A stretch of DNA of 61,051 nucleotides, the filler included, from Sphacelaria rigidula (lineage: Eukaryota), in NCBI GenBank assembly GCA_964200075.2. It is 9 parts of 9 records of this genome, joined end to end, with 100 filler letters (N's around TTAATTAATTAA, not from the genome) between each part and the next. Parts side by side here need not be neighbours in the genome. Positions count along the whole stretch, not along the records: positions 13,591 to 20,285 come from CAXNAA020018563.1; positions 20,386 to 27,080 come from CAXNAA020018564.1; 7 more parts are not named here. The stretch is one strand, 5' to 3'. Shown here one piece after another: positions 13,591 to 24,736 of this stretch. The notes beneath the pieces were generated by a model. It did not search any database, was not told the origin of the DNA, and worked only from the letters and a program-made list of their open reading frames with translations. The translations under genes were made by a program, and so were the position numbers. How positions within the stretch are numbered: position 1 is the first letter of the stretch; the number at the start of each line of letters is the position of its first letter.

Positions 13591-14147
13591 CCGGCAGAAT
13601 ATCGGCGTGCTGCATCCCGGCTTCGTAGGGGGCGGACCCCTGTGTGGGGTTGGCGTCGGTTGGCGATGACGCTGTAAAACACGCTCACTGCGCAAGCTTG
13701 GCAACCAGGTCACCGATTTTGTTCCGCGAGCTTGCGTTTATTTTGAGAGAAACATGATGGTTGAGCTATATCATACTGTGCGGGGTAGGAGAAGCCCAAC
13801 TCCGCGCAAATGAGATGATCATACTACGTAGTGTTCAAACGGCGAGACACCCACGAGGCAGCGTATTATGTCGTGGCTGTCTCTGGAAGTGGCGATACCA
13901 GAAAAACATGACGCATTGTAGGCTGTCATCCAAATGCAAGATAATCAGTACGCTTCGGGGGGAACAATCTCGGTGGGATGTAGCTCACCCTTCATGCGAC
14001 TCGCCGAGCACACCACGGCGGGTCATGCTTGGTGATTGATTGCGCGCCTGGTCACGCGAAACCCCGGCGTGCTCCGTCCCGGCTTGGTAAGGATGCGAGG
14101 TCAATGGTCTCACTACTATGGCATGCAAGATCATGAGTACACCCCCC
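13591..14147 (+). mobile_element. Non-autonomous C-tailed retroposon, family A
   Basis: Homologous along its length to 22451-23028 and 46678-47113. Ends GGATGCGAGGTCAATGGTC..ATGAGTACACCCCCC. Confidence 0.8.
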
Positions 14148-15819
14148 TTCCGCCCCTGAAAGCCGCCTGTCTGCATCTGTACGCTGTCCAGCACTGAGGT
14201 TACCAAACGCACCTCATGCTGCTGCAATTGAAATCCGGGTGATGCAATACCCGAGAGCAGATGGACACGGGTCGATGCGGTTCGACTGCCTCTGTCCGGA
14301 CTGCAGCATACCGCAGCGAAATTCCGGGCCTGCACCCGAGACATGTTGGCCATGGGTAGAAGCACTGGTGTGGAGTTCTGAAGCACCAATACCGTTTTGT
14401 TCAAATCACTTCACGCAGTGCGACTGCCTCGTAGGATGGAGTGAAATACCGAACCGGGAAACCCGCGTCGTGCACGGAAAGAGGAAGGGAACGCGAGTCC
14501 ACCGGATAGAGGTTTTGGCGGGGGTGCTTGCAGCGGCAGCCACGGTAGGTGTGGGGGCGGCGGCGGAGCGGGGGCGGAAGCCAGTGGATAGGCGGCAGCG
14601 GCGGCGTGAGCAATGCGGTGAAGTGGGCAGCGTCCGACCCTATATAGTGCCATGTGTGCCACAGTCTCCGGGCACCCACAGCAGAGCATGCCCGTGGGGG
14701 GTGCGGGGGCGGGGGCGGGGGAAGCAGCAGCGGTCACGGGGATGGAGGCAGGAGATATAGCGACGGCAGCGGCAGCGGCGGGGGAAGGGGGATGTAGGCG
14801 GGGAAAGCGGAGAGAGGGCGGGTCCAACGGCAGCAGCGGTGGCGACGGAGGGGGGCGCGGGGGGGGGGTGGTGATGATAGTGGCGGCGGAAGCAACCTGT
14901 CCTTTAGCGGAAGATGTCCAGCGTCAAACCGGTATTTGATCCACTCTACGTACGAACTGTCATGTGTGCAGCCGTTCGAGGGTGCCCCAAGAAGGGCATG
15001 GTCGTGGGAGAGCCGGGGGGGCACGACGACGGCAGTGCCGCCAGCGGTCGGAAGCGGGTGTTTGTAGGCGACGGCTGAGGGGGTGAACACGACGGCAACA
15101 GTAGCGCTGATGGCGATGGTGGGAGGGCGGGGAAGGGGACGGGGACGGAAGCGACGGGACGACGGGGGGGGGCAACGGCGACGGCGGAGGGGCGCACACA
15201 CCGGCAGAGGCGGTGGGGTAGGTAGGGACGGGTGTCCAGCGCGAGGAGGTGGAGGGAGCTCGGATGGCGGAGGTCTTGCTAGGGTTTGCGGAGGGACACC
15301 AGTAAGAGCGCAAGGAGGGTTAGGAGCCAGCGGCGAGACAGCGGAGAAGACGGCAGCGACGGCATCAATCGACTTCGTAGCCGTAATCAAAACGCCGATA
15401 GTAAACTCGGCGCCACCCCCGACGCTGTCGTCGCCCCCGAAGCAGTCGCCCTCACAGTAGATATTCCCCAACTTCTTGAAACCACTGGAGAGGACGATGG
15501 CATCAGCAGTGGCAGCGGCGGCAGCGGCGGCAGCGGCGGCAGCGGCGACAGCGGCGACAGCGGGAGCGGCAGGAGGAGAGGGGTTGTGGATGGGAACGGT
15601 GGAGAGGGTGTGATTAAAACGCTAGCGGGAAAGCTGTCGCCGCCCCCGACGCTGCTACCGCCTCTGACGCTGTTGCCGCCCCCTGTAGATATTACAGGAG
15701 TTGATGACACCACTGGCGAGAACCATGACAGCAGTAGTGGCAGCGGCGGGAGGAGATGGATCGTGGGCGGGGATGGCGATGTTACACTACAGCCATGCGG
15801 AAGATGCTCTTGTTTTAGT

Positions 15820-15920
15820 ATTGAGACCTGTACGCGTAGTGAACCGTCTCGAAAGGGACGAGTGGTCGACAGTCAAACGACGACTGAGGAAATCTACAAC
15901 TGAGTACGCCCCCCCCCCCG
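15820..15920 (+). mobile_element. 3' stub of the C-tailed LINE (family B)
   Basis: CCGTCTCGAAAGGGACGAGTGGTC..TGAGTACG followed by a C-run. Confidence 0.7.
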
Positions 15921-17849
15921 TCCTCGAGGTTTCTGGATTTTTCCGTGTTCATCGGCAATCGATTCCTCAGAAGACTTGGGGACGTACAGCCACTCCACCA
16001 TTTATTCGGGTAAAACTTCGGGTGGCGGTTTAACTTCCTAGTTGGAGGGGGGTGTCTGCTGGTGTTGGATCCAAGTGCGTAAATATCGACAGGTACATGT
16101 TTCATGTTTATTTCGCTTAAGAATCTCATACACCGGGTGAGTTGCCACAAATTATCGGATCATAGTCAGGGATGATTATTCCCGCCTCGCGCTGTTTCTC
16201 CGTTCATCTGTAAATATATGTCACTCCAGCTGAACGGTCTGGTGTGCGTCTTTGCAGGTACGCGACAAAGCATATGCTCGTGGAGCTGTTCAAACACTTG
16301 TGATCAAGGGCGACCTCGCTTGTGCCTTGTGCAGGCCAAGGTGGACTTGATCGCTGAGGCACCAGGACCCGTTGATGAACGCATGAAGGCCAAATCAGGT
16401 GTGGACATAGCAGACATCGTCTGCTTCAATTTTCTTTTAAGTGTTAAGAAGCGAGTGTAGTTGCCCCCGCTTCCCCGCACCGAGTGTCGTACCAACGTGT
16501 CGTCAACATGTACTCCCTCTACCCGTCTGTCAAGGCCGAATTATTTGTGCAGGCCCTTGACCGTGTCCCATTACATTTCCGTCTAATTTGTTTTTGCATC
16601 CTTTGGCGCTTCTTAGTTAAAATTTTTGCATTTTTTAACGTCTTCATGTCCCCCATACGGCCGACCGGTCAAAATATGTCACTGGCCCAGAAAGTGTCCG
16701 TATTTCGCTTCCATCCCGAGGGCAAAATATAAAGCAAAATCCGTTAATGAAATACACAAAACTTGATCGAAATGTATTATTTCACGTGACGCCACTTAGA
16801 GAGGGTAGCTGCGCCCGCATCTAGTCCAAACTCACTTCGAGTAGTTGCGACTCATCAAGTCGTGACTTTTGTGAAGTGGGAAAATTGTGCAAGTCGGCCG
16901 GCTTTGGCAAACAAACGGGTTTCAAGTAGCCAAATTTGTCCGAAATCGGGGCGATGTCAACCCCAAATTGTGTGCGTAACACGTTGAGTTTTTCCCCTCA
17001 TTTTCCCATGAGCATCACCTCTCTTCAGCCTTTCGAATGAATCAACTATGGTACAGAAAGTGCCTCCGTTCGAAAAATGACATGTGCGCTCATTTCGGTT
17101 CCAACTCAATGGACACGTGAATTTTGTGCGGTGCTCTCCGGGTATTTGGAAGCGTCCGCAGCGTTTCATCATCTTACAAATGATTTCTACTGCTGAATAT
17201 TGCTGTATGCTCTCATCATACCATTTGCGCGGTGCCTAATCTACATGGTGGGGTGGGGTTTGGGACCCTCATCCACGCTGTGAGGTGTGTGCAGATTGCT
17301 TTATCTGACTGTAATCCTGGAGAAGGTGCCAGTGAGGAGGGACTGGTTCAATGTTAATTTTCTGTTCAATGTCTATCCCCGATAGACCGCACAGACCACA
17401 GTCCGCAGTGTCGAGCTCTGTTTAGTGGGCTCAAGACATGCCACGAGTCAACGGGCGTCAATCTGAGAGCCCTCACGAGCAGAATCACGGGAAGGAATAG
17501 AAATTCTTGCGTCCTCTGGTCGTGTTGGGTTGTGATCCCTCCGCTTTTATGGTGACGTTCGTCAATGACCTGTTGTAATAAAGACATGGTATTGTAGAGC
17601 TCACGAGCGATGGTTCTGCTCGTGCCTCGAAGCTACGGTTGCCGGTGCAGGAAAAACACTCATCGACGCTTACGACCGAGAGGGTCGATTCTACCGTACC
17701 AGTACTGCTACATTGCACTGCTGTATTCGGGATATCGGCACTACGAGCTGGGCCAGCAGAAAACCCTGCAATCGCATTCCACACCGCAACTCCTCGAGTT
17801 TCCCAAGGCAGCCCGAATTGAGCATATGGCTGTTGCCTGCAGACTCACC

Positions 17850-18100
17850 TGGTAACGCACGGCACCGCCGCTGGTCGATTGGCGCACTTCTGGCGATAAT
17901 GTAGAGTTACTGCATTGAGTACTGGGTACGTCTCGTGTCATTGCGTGGTGGCGTATCTGGAGAAGTTTCGTTCCACAGAATGCGGTGGAGTCACGGTAGA
18001 CGGTTGCGCCACCCAGGCATGCGAACACCCGATATGCGCAGGCAAAAACACACTGGCAGTACTGCAAGATGACATCAAGCTCATCAATTGCTCCATCAGG
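17850..18100 (-). pseudogene. Possible MULE/SWIM transposase remnant
   Basis: Across a frameshift it reads LDVILQYCQC / LPAHIGCSHAW..NFSRYATTQ*HETY, resembling a SWIM CxC..CxH finger plus the downstream Y..W..TY motif. Confidence 0.3.
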
Positions 18101-19067
18101 GGAGAGGACCTCCGAGCCGACTGTCATACATCACCGTATGAGGAAGAAGTACTACGTGAAACTGCACTATACCCCCCCAAATGCAATACCGTCACCAAAA
18201 TATCGGGACCCTTTGTAACTCGGGAGAAAGCGGGGATTATGCACGATTAGATCATGCACAAAAAAAAATGGTGGTGTCGGGATTCTCACTCGTGCCCTGG
18301 GTAATTGGAGGCTGTTGTATCAGTTTGATCACCGGGGCGCAGCCGTTTCACACGAAATGGACCCAGCTGCGCCCAATTCGAGGACTTTTCGGTCGAAATT
18401 TTCCCAGGATCTCCTACACGCAAGCACTCACAACATTTTTGGGGATGCCGCCGTATTTTTCCATCATCATGTTGTTATAGCATTTTTCCATTTTTTGCTG
18501 AAACTTTAAATCACTATAACGGTCTGTTGTTGTTGTTACGTTTTCTCCTTGGCATCCGTCGACACATTGCGCGTGTTTATGATAGAAACGTCGTGTCCAA
18601 TTTCAGCGACTAGGGCCGCCACTTTTATCAGACAAAGATAAAAATCTTGAAAAGTGCCTTTTTGCAGCTCTCACGTCGTTTCACAGCCCAAAAGAGAGCT
18701 AGGCGGAGTTTGACACCTTGGAATGACTTTCTCTTCTTGTTGAGCCGGTTCCAGGACATCTTCACGTTTTCTGGTGGCGCAGTTTTCATTTTGGCCGAAC
18801 AAGGATTTTGTCCAAGAACGGTGAGATATAGTCAAGTCCAGAGAAAAGTGGCGATTGTTATAGATTCAACTGTTTTTACCGTTCTTCGACAAAAACTCTT
18901 GTTCGGTAGAAACAAAAACAGCGGCTACCGAAACACGGGAAGATGTCCTGGAATCGCATGAACTAGTAGAGCAAGTTATTCCGGAAAAGTACCTTTTTGG
19001 AAACAGTGAAATCTAGGGGAGAAAACGCCGTTTTTCTTTGGCCTTGAACCTTCCTGGACAAAAGTTC

Positions 19068-19499
19068 CACAGGCACCGTAGGTAAGATAGGTCCCCGGTA
19101 CCGGTATTTGGGACATCTCATATCCTACCGATACCGGTCCAATCCGGTATTTTCAAATGTCGTACCCACGATACCTACGATACCAAGGTATTTCGAAATT
19201 TCAATACCTACCGTACCCGCCCAATCCGGTATTTTCAGATGTCATACCCACGATACGTACGGTTCCAGGGTATTTCGTTATTTCAGTACCTACCGTACCC
19301 GCCCAATCCGGTATTTCGAGATGCCATACCTTCGATACCTACGATACCAGGGTCTTTCGAGATTTCAATACCTACCGTACCCGTCCAATCCGATATTTTC
19401 AAAACGCATACCTACGATACCTGCGCATACCACGGTATGGGATACCCCGGTGAATACCGGGGGTACGCTCGGGACGGTACCTTACCTACGGTGCCTGTG
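19068..19499. mobile_element. P-element-like MITE with internal 82-bp tandem repeats
   Basis: TIR CACAGGCACCGTAGGTAAG at both ends. Flanks AAAAGTTC and AAAACTTC form an 8-bp TSD with one mismatch. About 4 internal units with an 82-bp period. Confidence 0.8.
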
Positions 19500-19571
19500 A
19501 AAACTTCGACTGCCCAACTTGCACCCAGATCTGAAACGCTTCGCACTGCTAGATGACAGTTTTGAATTCGG

Positions 19572-20116
19572 TATAGAGGGTAAGGCAGGTACCCGGTACC
19601 GGTATTCGGGACGTCTTGTACCCTACTGATACCGACCCAATCGGGGATTTTCGAAACATTTCATATCTACGATACCTCCGATACCTACGATACCAGGGTA
19701 TTTCGATATTTCAATACCTACCGTACCTGCCAAATCCGGTATTTTGAAATGTCATACCCACGATACCTGTGATACCAGGGTATTTCGAACTTTCGATACC
19801 TCCCGTATCCGCCCAATCCGGTATTTTTAGACGCCATACCTACGATACCTACGATACCAGGGAATTTCGAAATTTCAACACCTACCGTACCTGCCAAATC
19901 CAGTATTTTTGAAATGTCACACCCACGATAACTGCGATACCAGGGATTTCACAATTTCAATACCTACCGTACCCGCCCAATCCGGTATTTTTGAATGTCA
20001 TACCTACGATACCTACGATACCAGGGTGTTTCGAGATTTCTATACCTACCGTACCCGCTCAATCCGGTATTTTCAAAACTCATACCTACGAAACGAGGGT
20101 GTTTCGAGGTTTCAAT
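19572..20116 (+). repeat. Second, truncated copy of the 82-bp tandem-repeat element (about 6 units)
   Basis: An AATCCGGTATTTT-type motif recurs at 19733, 19815, 19897, 19979 and 20061. Confidence 0.85.
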
Positions 20117-20285
20117 ATGCTGAAAGCGGAGGCGATGGAGGCCCTACTATACGGATGCATGACGTGGGCCCCACGCCTCGAACACCATGACTTGCTTCGA
20201 AAGGTGCACTACCGACTCCTCCTGCGAGTCATCGGGTACCGCCGAGTGCGCGGCACACACCGACAGCTGTCGTATGCACAGGCCC
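20117..20285 (+). mobile_element. RTE-type LINE fragment (post-RT region)
   Basis: MLKAEAMEALLYGCMTWAPR..HYRLLLRVIGYRR..LSYAQA contains the LLYGC.TW motif typical of RTE-clade ORF2. Cut by the contig end. Confidence 0.8.
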
Positions 20286-21004
20286 NNNNNNNNNNNNNNN
20301 NNNNNNNNNNNNNNNNNNNNNNNNNNNNNTTAATTAATTAANNNNNNNNNNNNNNNNNNNNNNNNNNNNNNNNNNNNNNNNNNNNATACAGACACCGCAA
20401 ATACAGACGTTGCTCAGCCAAGGCTCGACGTACCCCTGCCACCTGCCGTGCAGCCATAGCATACACACCTTGTACACGAGCCTGGCACAAGCCGGGAAAA
20501 GCCGTCCATGCACGTGCTGCACAGTGCAGTACAGTACCTACTATCGTCATTATCCATCTGATCAGGGGGGTACCTACCCATCCAGAATGGGATACCACCC
20601 CCCCTCCCCGTCGCCCAGAATGAGGTTTTCGGGATTTGGGGGCGGTGAATAACATATTCCAGTCTGTAAGGCCCCTTGCCAGTAACGCTCTCATCTTCTG
20701 TTTCTTCTTCTCGTTCCGCTACGCACCCGGGTTCGTTATCTTTTTCGTCCTTTCCCTCTACTTTCTTCCTCGTTCTCCCCTTCTCCTCTCTTCCCAGTTA
20801 AGTTCAGCTCTCGACTCCTCTCTCCTCTCTATAAGTCGTATTAACCTTTGTGCCTCGCCCCTGCAGAGTTCGCGTGTGCGAGTTGCTGCCCAAAGTATGC
20901 GGTCGCTACATACTGTAGCTGAGTCGCAATCTGCTTTCACGGGAAATGCTTTTCGTATGATCTCGTCCGCTGGAGCCCCATCAGGGGCCTGTCAGGCTCT
21001 TTTC

Positions 21005-21448
21005 AACAGTCGATATTCGAAGTTGAGGATGGAGATTTGCACTGAAGATGATAATCCGGAAAATTAAAAGGTTCGCATCCACGCCAATTCTTCGAGATAT
21101 GGTTCCGTTCCTTCATCTGCTGGTAACTATTGACAACTACTGCACGCCGTAAAAATGTAGATTTCGATGGCCGAAATTCGGGGGTCCTAGATGAAGAAGA
21201 AAATGTTAGGAATTTAGGTGATCCGGCCGAATCACCTAAATTTCCAAGAATTTTTTCTTCACCTAGGACTCCCAAATTTCGGTCATCGGAATCTACATTT
21301 TCAAGGCGTGCACCAGTTGTCAATAGCCACCAGCGGATGAAAGAGTGGAACCATATCTCGAAGAGTTGGCGTGGATGCAAATATTTTAATTTTCCAGGTT
21401 ATCATCCTCAGTGCAAATCTCCATCCTCAATTTCGAATATCGGCTGTT
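21005..21448. mobile_element. Foldback-type fully palindromic element (about 444 bp)
   Basis: The left arm is an imperfect reverse complement of the right arm throughout. The centre is CGG|CCG at 21226/21227 with no loop and no net indel. Confidence 0.85.
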
Positions 21449-21590
21449 TGTCTCTCTAGGACGGGTACTAGATCTTAAGACTATCTCGTTTTTTGTTCTA
21501 GTTTACTTCCGTTTCCCCCTCCATGTTTGTTTGGTTTTCAGATCATTTATTTTTTCTTCGTGATTTTCTTCTTGGGCACGTGAACAATAG

Positions 21591-21715
21591 GCTGTCGTCG
21601 AGGACGATGCAGACACTCTGATCTGGATGCTGGAGAACAACTTAGTGGATCTCTCCGCCACCGATGAACTCGGCAACACAGCAGCACACCTCGCCGTCTT
21701 CCACGACGCACCCAG
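21591..21715 (+). CDS. Ankyrin-repeat/IQ protein, internal exon
   Basis: TAG acceptor and AG|GTAAC donor. Encodes AVVEDDADTLIWMLENNLVDLSATDELGNTAAHLAVFHDAP (ankyrin GxTxxHLA motif). Confidence 0.8.
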
Positions 21716-22040
21716 GTAACACACACTCCCGCACAGTAGAGACATTCAATACTCCCCATAACACAACAATGCTCGAAACCAAGACAAGAAATTACTCAGT
21801 GAACATTGGAATTCTATACTCCCGGCCGATTGAGACTATGCCAGGCCCGCTCATGAATAATGGTTTGGATCCTGGTACCTCAGCAGAACACTGGGGGGCA
21901 GCGTATTTCAGACCACCAGGTAGGGGTATCCTACTTATTATCACAGTCTGTGTTGACGAATTCAGGCCCTGATTTCGACTATAGGGTAGGAGATCCCGCG
22001 CAAGTAACAACGCTTATTTGAAGTTCGCAGACGGACCCCG

Positions 22041-22083
22041 TATATATATACTTCGAAGTATATATATATATATATATATATAT
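22041..22083. repeat. (TA)n microsatellite interrupted by CTTCGAAG
   Basis: Direct reading. Confidence 0.9.
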
Positions 22084-22450
22084 CATGTGCAGCGAAAGAG
22101 GTGGACCGTGGTAGCATCACGTGCTAGCAAATAATGCAGTCCAGAAGTACCGTAGTAGGGATACATCGATCCAGCATTCCTCACGGAGCCTCAACTAAGG
22201 TTTAAAGAAGGTCGTCCAGGTCTGTCAAAATTGAAGAGAAGAGCATTCCTTACCGAGGTATAATAGTAGAAGTTTACATAGAGATCGCGAGAAAGACTTT
22301 TTGACCGCTGTTCTGTACCACCACTCCCCCACTGCACACCAGAGACAAAAAGGTTGACCGTGTGGGGACGCCTCGTTGGCACGCACGTGGCAATCATTGT
22401 CCACAGCGCCCTTACCTACAGTACCTGATATCCCTTCCCCTCCCAACGCA

Positions 22451-23028
22451 TCAGTCTAGTCCGGCGAGAACCCGACGTGCTCCGTCCCGGCTTTGTAGGA
22501 GCGGACCCCCGATGGGGTTGGCGTTGGTTGGCGATGACGCTATAAAACACGCCACGCGCTGCAGAAGTAAGCTAGGCAACCACGTTACTAATTTTCTTTG
22601 CGCACTTGCATTTTTTTTGCGGTAACCCTCATGGTATTCGAGCTAGATCATGATGTGCGGCGTGGAAGAACCTCAACTCCGCACAATGGGAATGATCGTA
22701 CCACGTAGTGTACAAATGGTTAGACACCCATGAGGCAGTGTATAGGCCGTGGCTGTCCCAGGAAGTGGACAAACCAGATAATAAAGCAACTCATGGTAGG
22801 CTGTAATCCAAATGCAAGATAACCAGTAGGCTTTGGGCTGAACAATCTTAGCAGGATACAGCTCACCTTTCATGCGACTCGCCGAGCACACCACGATGCT
22901 TCGCGCTTGGTGATTGAGTGGGAGCCTGGTCCGGCGCAAGCCCGGCGTGGTCCATCCCGGCTTTGTAGGGATGCGAGGTCAATGGGCATATGACCATGGC
23001 ACGCGTGATCATGAGTACACTCCCTTCC
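22451..23028 (+). mobile_element. Family A retroposon, apparently full length, intronic
   Basis: Has the 5' and internal ~50-bp direct repeat and the 3' end GAGTACACTCCCTTCC. Preceded by C-rich CCCTTCCCCTCCC. Confidence 0.8.
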
Positions 23029-23615
23029 AATGCATGACACCATGAAACAAATACATGCGGATGTTATATAACTTATCACAGGTCCCCCTCGAAAGACCCC
23101 GTTCGCCACCGCACTGACTGACGCGGTCCGCTTCCGCGTTGACTGACCCAAACCGCCCCAGCATGCGCTCTAACCCTGCCCCCATAGTCCTCACGACCAA
23201 CCTGCACACCCAATGTAATCCGTCTATTTGTATTTCCGTATGCAACATTTGCTTCCTTCGTTCAATCACACTAACTTCCCCCAAACCCCAAACAGTCCAT
23301 ACCTCTGTACACTAGTTCTGTCATTTCAAAAGTAGAGGTAGGCCCACGGCGACAACAGCTTTGGCGGAATCGTAGCAAATTCAAATGACCCACTGAAACG
23401 AAATATAGTACAGTACAACAAAGCTAGTTTACAAGGCTGCATGAGTCAGACAGGCGTTGCACTACCACACTCATCATGCCTAACGTTTACCATTGAATAC
23501 TTCTTTTTGTGTATATCTCCTCTAGCAGGTTGGTTGCCCCATTTTAAGCCTTCTACCCCCCCCCCCCTCCCCCCCCTCGATGCGTCCTTCCGCTGTATGC
23601 GCGCTGGCGAGAAAG

Positions 23616-23730
23616 GGTGTTACATTTGTTGCACGGACTGGGAGTTGACCTGTCCGCAACTTGTGATGCCGCGGGGTTCGGATCTGCGATCTTTTACTCT
23701 GTGTTCCTCGGCAGGGTTCATTGCCTAACG
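23616..23730 (+). CDS. Ankyrin-repeat/IQ protein, internal exon
   Basis: AAG acceptor, phase compatible with the previous exon, GTATG donor. Encodes (R)VLHLLHGLGVDLSATCDAAGFGSAIFYSVFLGRVHCLT. Confidence 0.75.
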
Positions 23731-24382
23731 GTATGTTTTTTTGTTTGTCTCTACGGGGCACGTCGTCTCTGACTTTCCTCATGAAGATCAACCGACTCGA
23801 ACCTGTACCTCAAATATGGTACCACCAACAGATTTAACGCGATTTGGTTAGCCATGGTTTCCTGATGTATACCCACGCGCAGTCATTATTCGGTTTTTAA
23901 TGGAGTTTTGATTGATTATTGATTTTTATCGCAACAAACGATCTGCCGTGAGTTGAACTGCTTTCAGAAGGCAGATATATTCAAGGAAACAGGTAATTAA
24001 GGTAAAGGGGAACGGGAACACTCGCTGAGATGACACTCAGGTCAAGGAATTAAGACCAAATTCAGAGCGTATGAAGAGTAACACACGAAACTTTACTATT
24101 AGGCTTTACTCCAGCCGAAAATATGCAACAAAAATGAAATAATCAGATGATGAGGAAGTTGCGTTAGCCATTCTCGGCAAAAAAAAACGTTCGAAACATC
24201 GACTACTGGGTGCCATCAGTCCCTCTGGCGGAAAGCTTTGCAAATCCGTACTTTATATCTTGTTTCGGAGCGTGTACCGTACCCCCTACAGAAGACAGCG
24301 CACAGGTACTATGTGTTGGTATCACGCAAGAAAACGTCCATGTGGAGTAAAATCCCAACGCGCATGCACACAAATAACACAG

Positions 24383-24736
24383 GAGCTTGTGAATCTGGGA
24401 TACGATATGACCCGGCCTTGCGACCGCTTCGAACGGACACCTGAATCTGTGGCTTCGAGGCACGATCAGGGAGCGGCGTTGGCCGTGTTGCGTCGAAGTC
24501 TTGCCGCCGTGAACATCCAAGGATTATTTCGAGGGTTTCTAGGGAGGAAACAGGCGTTACTACTGACGTCACCCCAACGACAACCACCGGTAGCCGCACA
24601 CCAACAACAGCATGAGGAAGAGGCGCAGGTAGCGCTGCCGGATGGTGATGGCAACGTCCAGGCAGTCGAAATCACCGATGACAACGCTAATATCAGTGAT
24701 GGCCAACAACAAAAAAATCACGGCGATGATTTATAG
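24383..24736 (+). CDS. Ankyrin-repeat/IQ protein, terminal exon
   Basis: ACACAG acceptor, phase 0. Encodes ELVNLGYDMTRPCDRFERTP.. then the IQ motif AAVNIQGLFRGFLGRK, ending in TAG. Confidence 0.8.
   Translation, partial: ELVNLGYDMTRPCDRFERTPESVASRHDQGAALAVLRRSLAAVNIQGLFRGFLGRKQALLLTSPQRQPPVAAHQQQHEEEAQVALPDGDGNVQAVEITDDNANISDGQQQKNHGDDL

Noticed and set aside
14734..15471. 245-aa proline-rich ORF as a real protein
   Set aside because: Low-complexity GC-rich DNA is open in several frames, with no domain or clear splice structure.
19141..20116. CRISPR-like periodic array
   Set aside because: The whole 82-bp unit is repeated with no unique spacers, no cas genes are present, and the first array is bounded by TIRs.
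21003..21459. Two similar ORFs on opposite strands as paralogous genes
   Set aside because: They are a by-product of the palindrome.
22451..22530. HDV-like or hammerhead ribozyme at the 5' end of family A
   Set aside because: I could not fit the HDV P1/P3/L3 pattern or a CTGANGA..GAAA core by eye. An Infernal search is needed.
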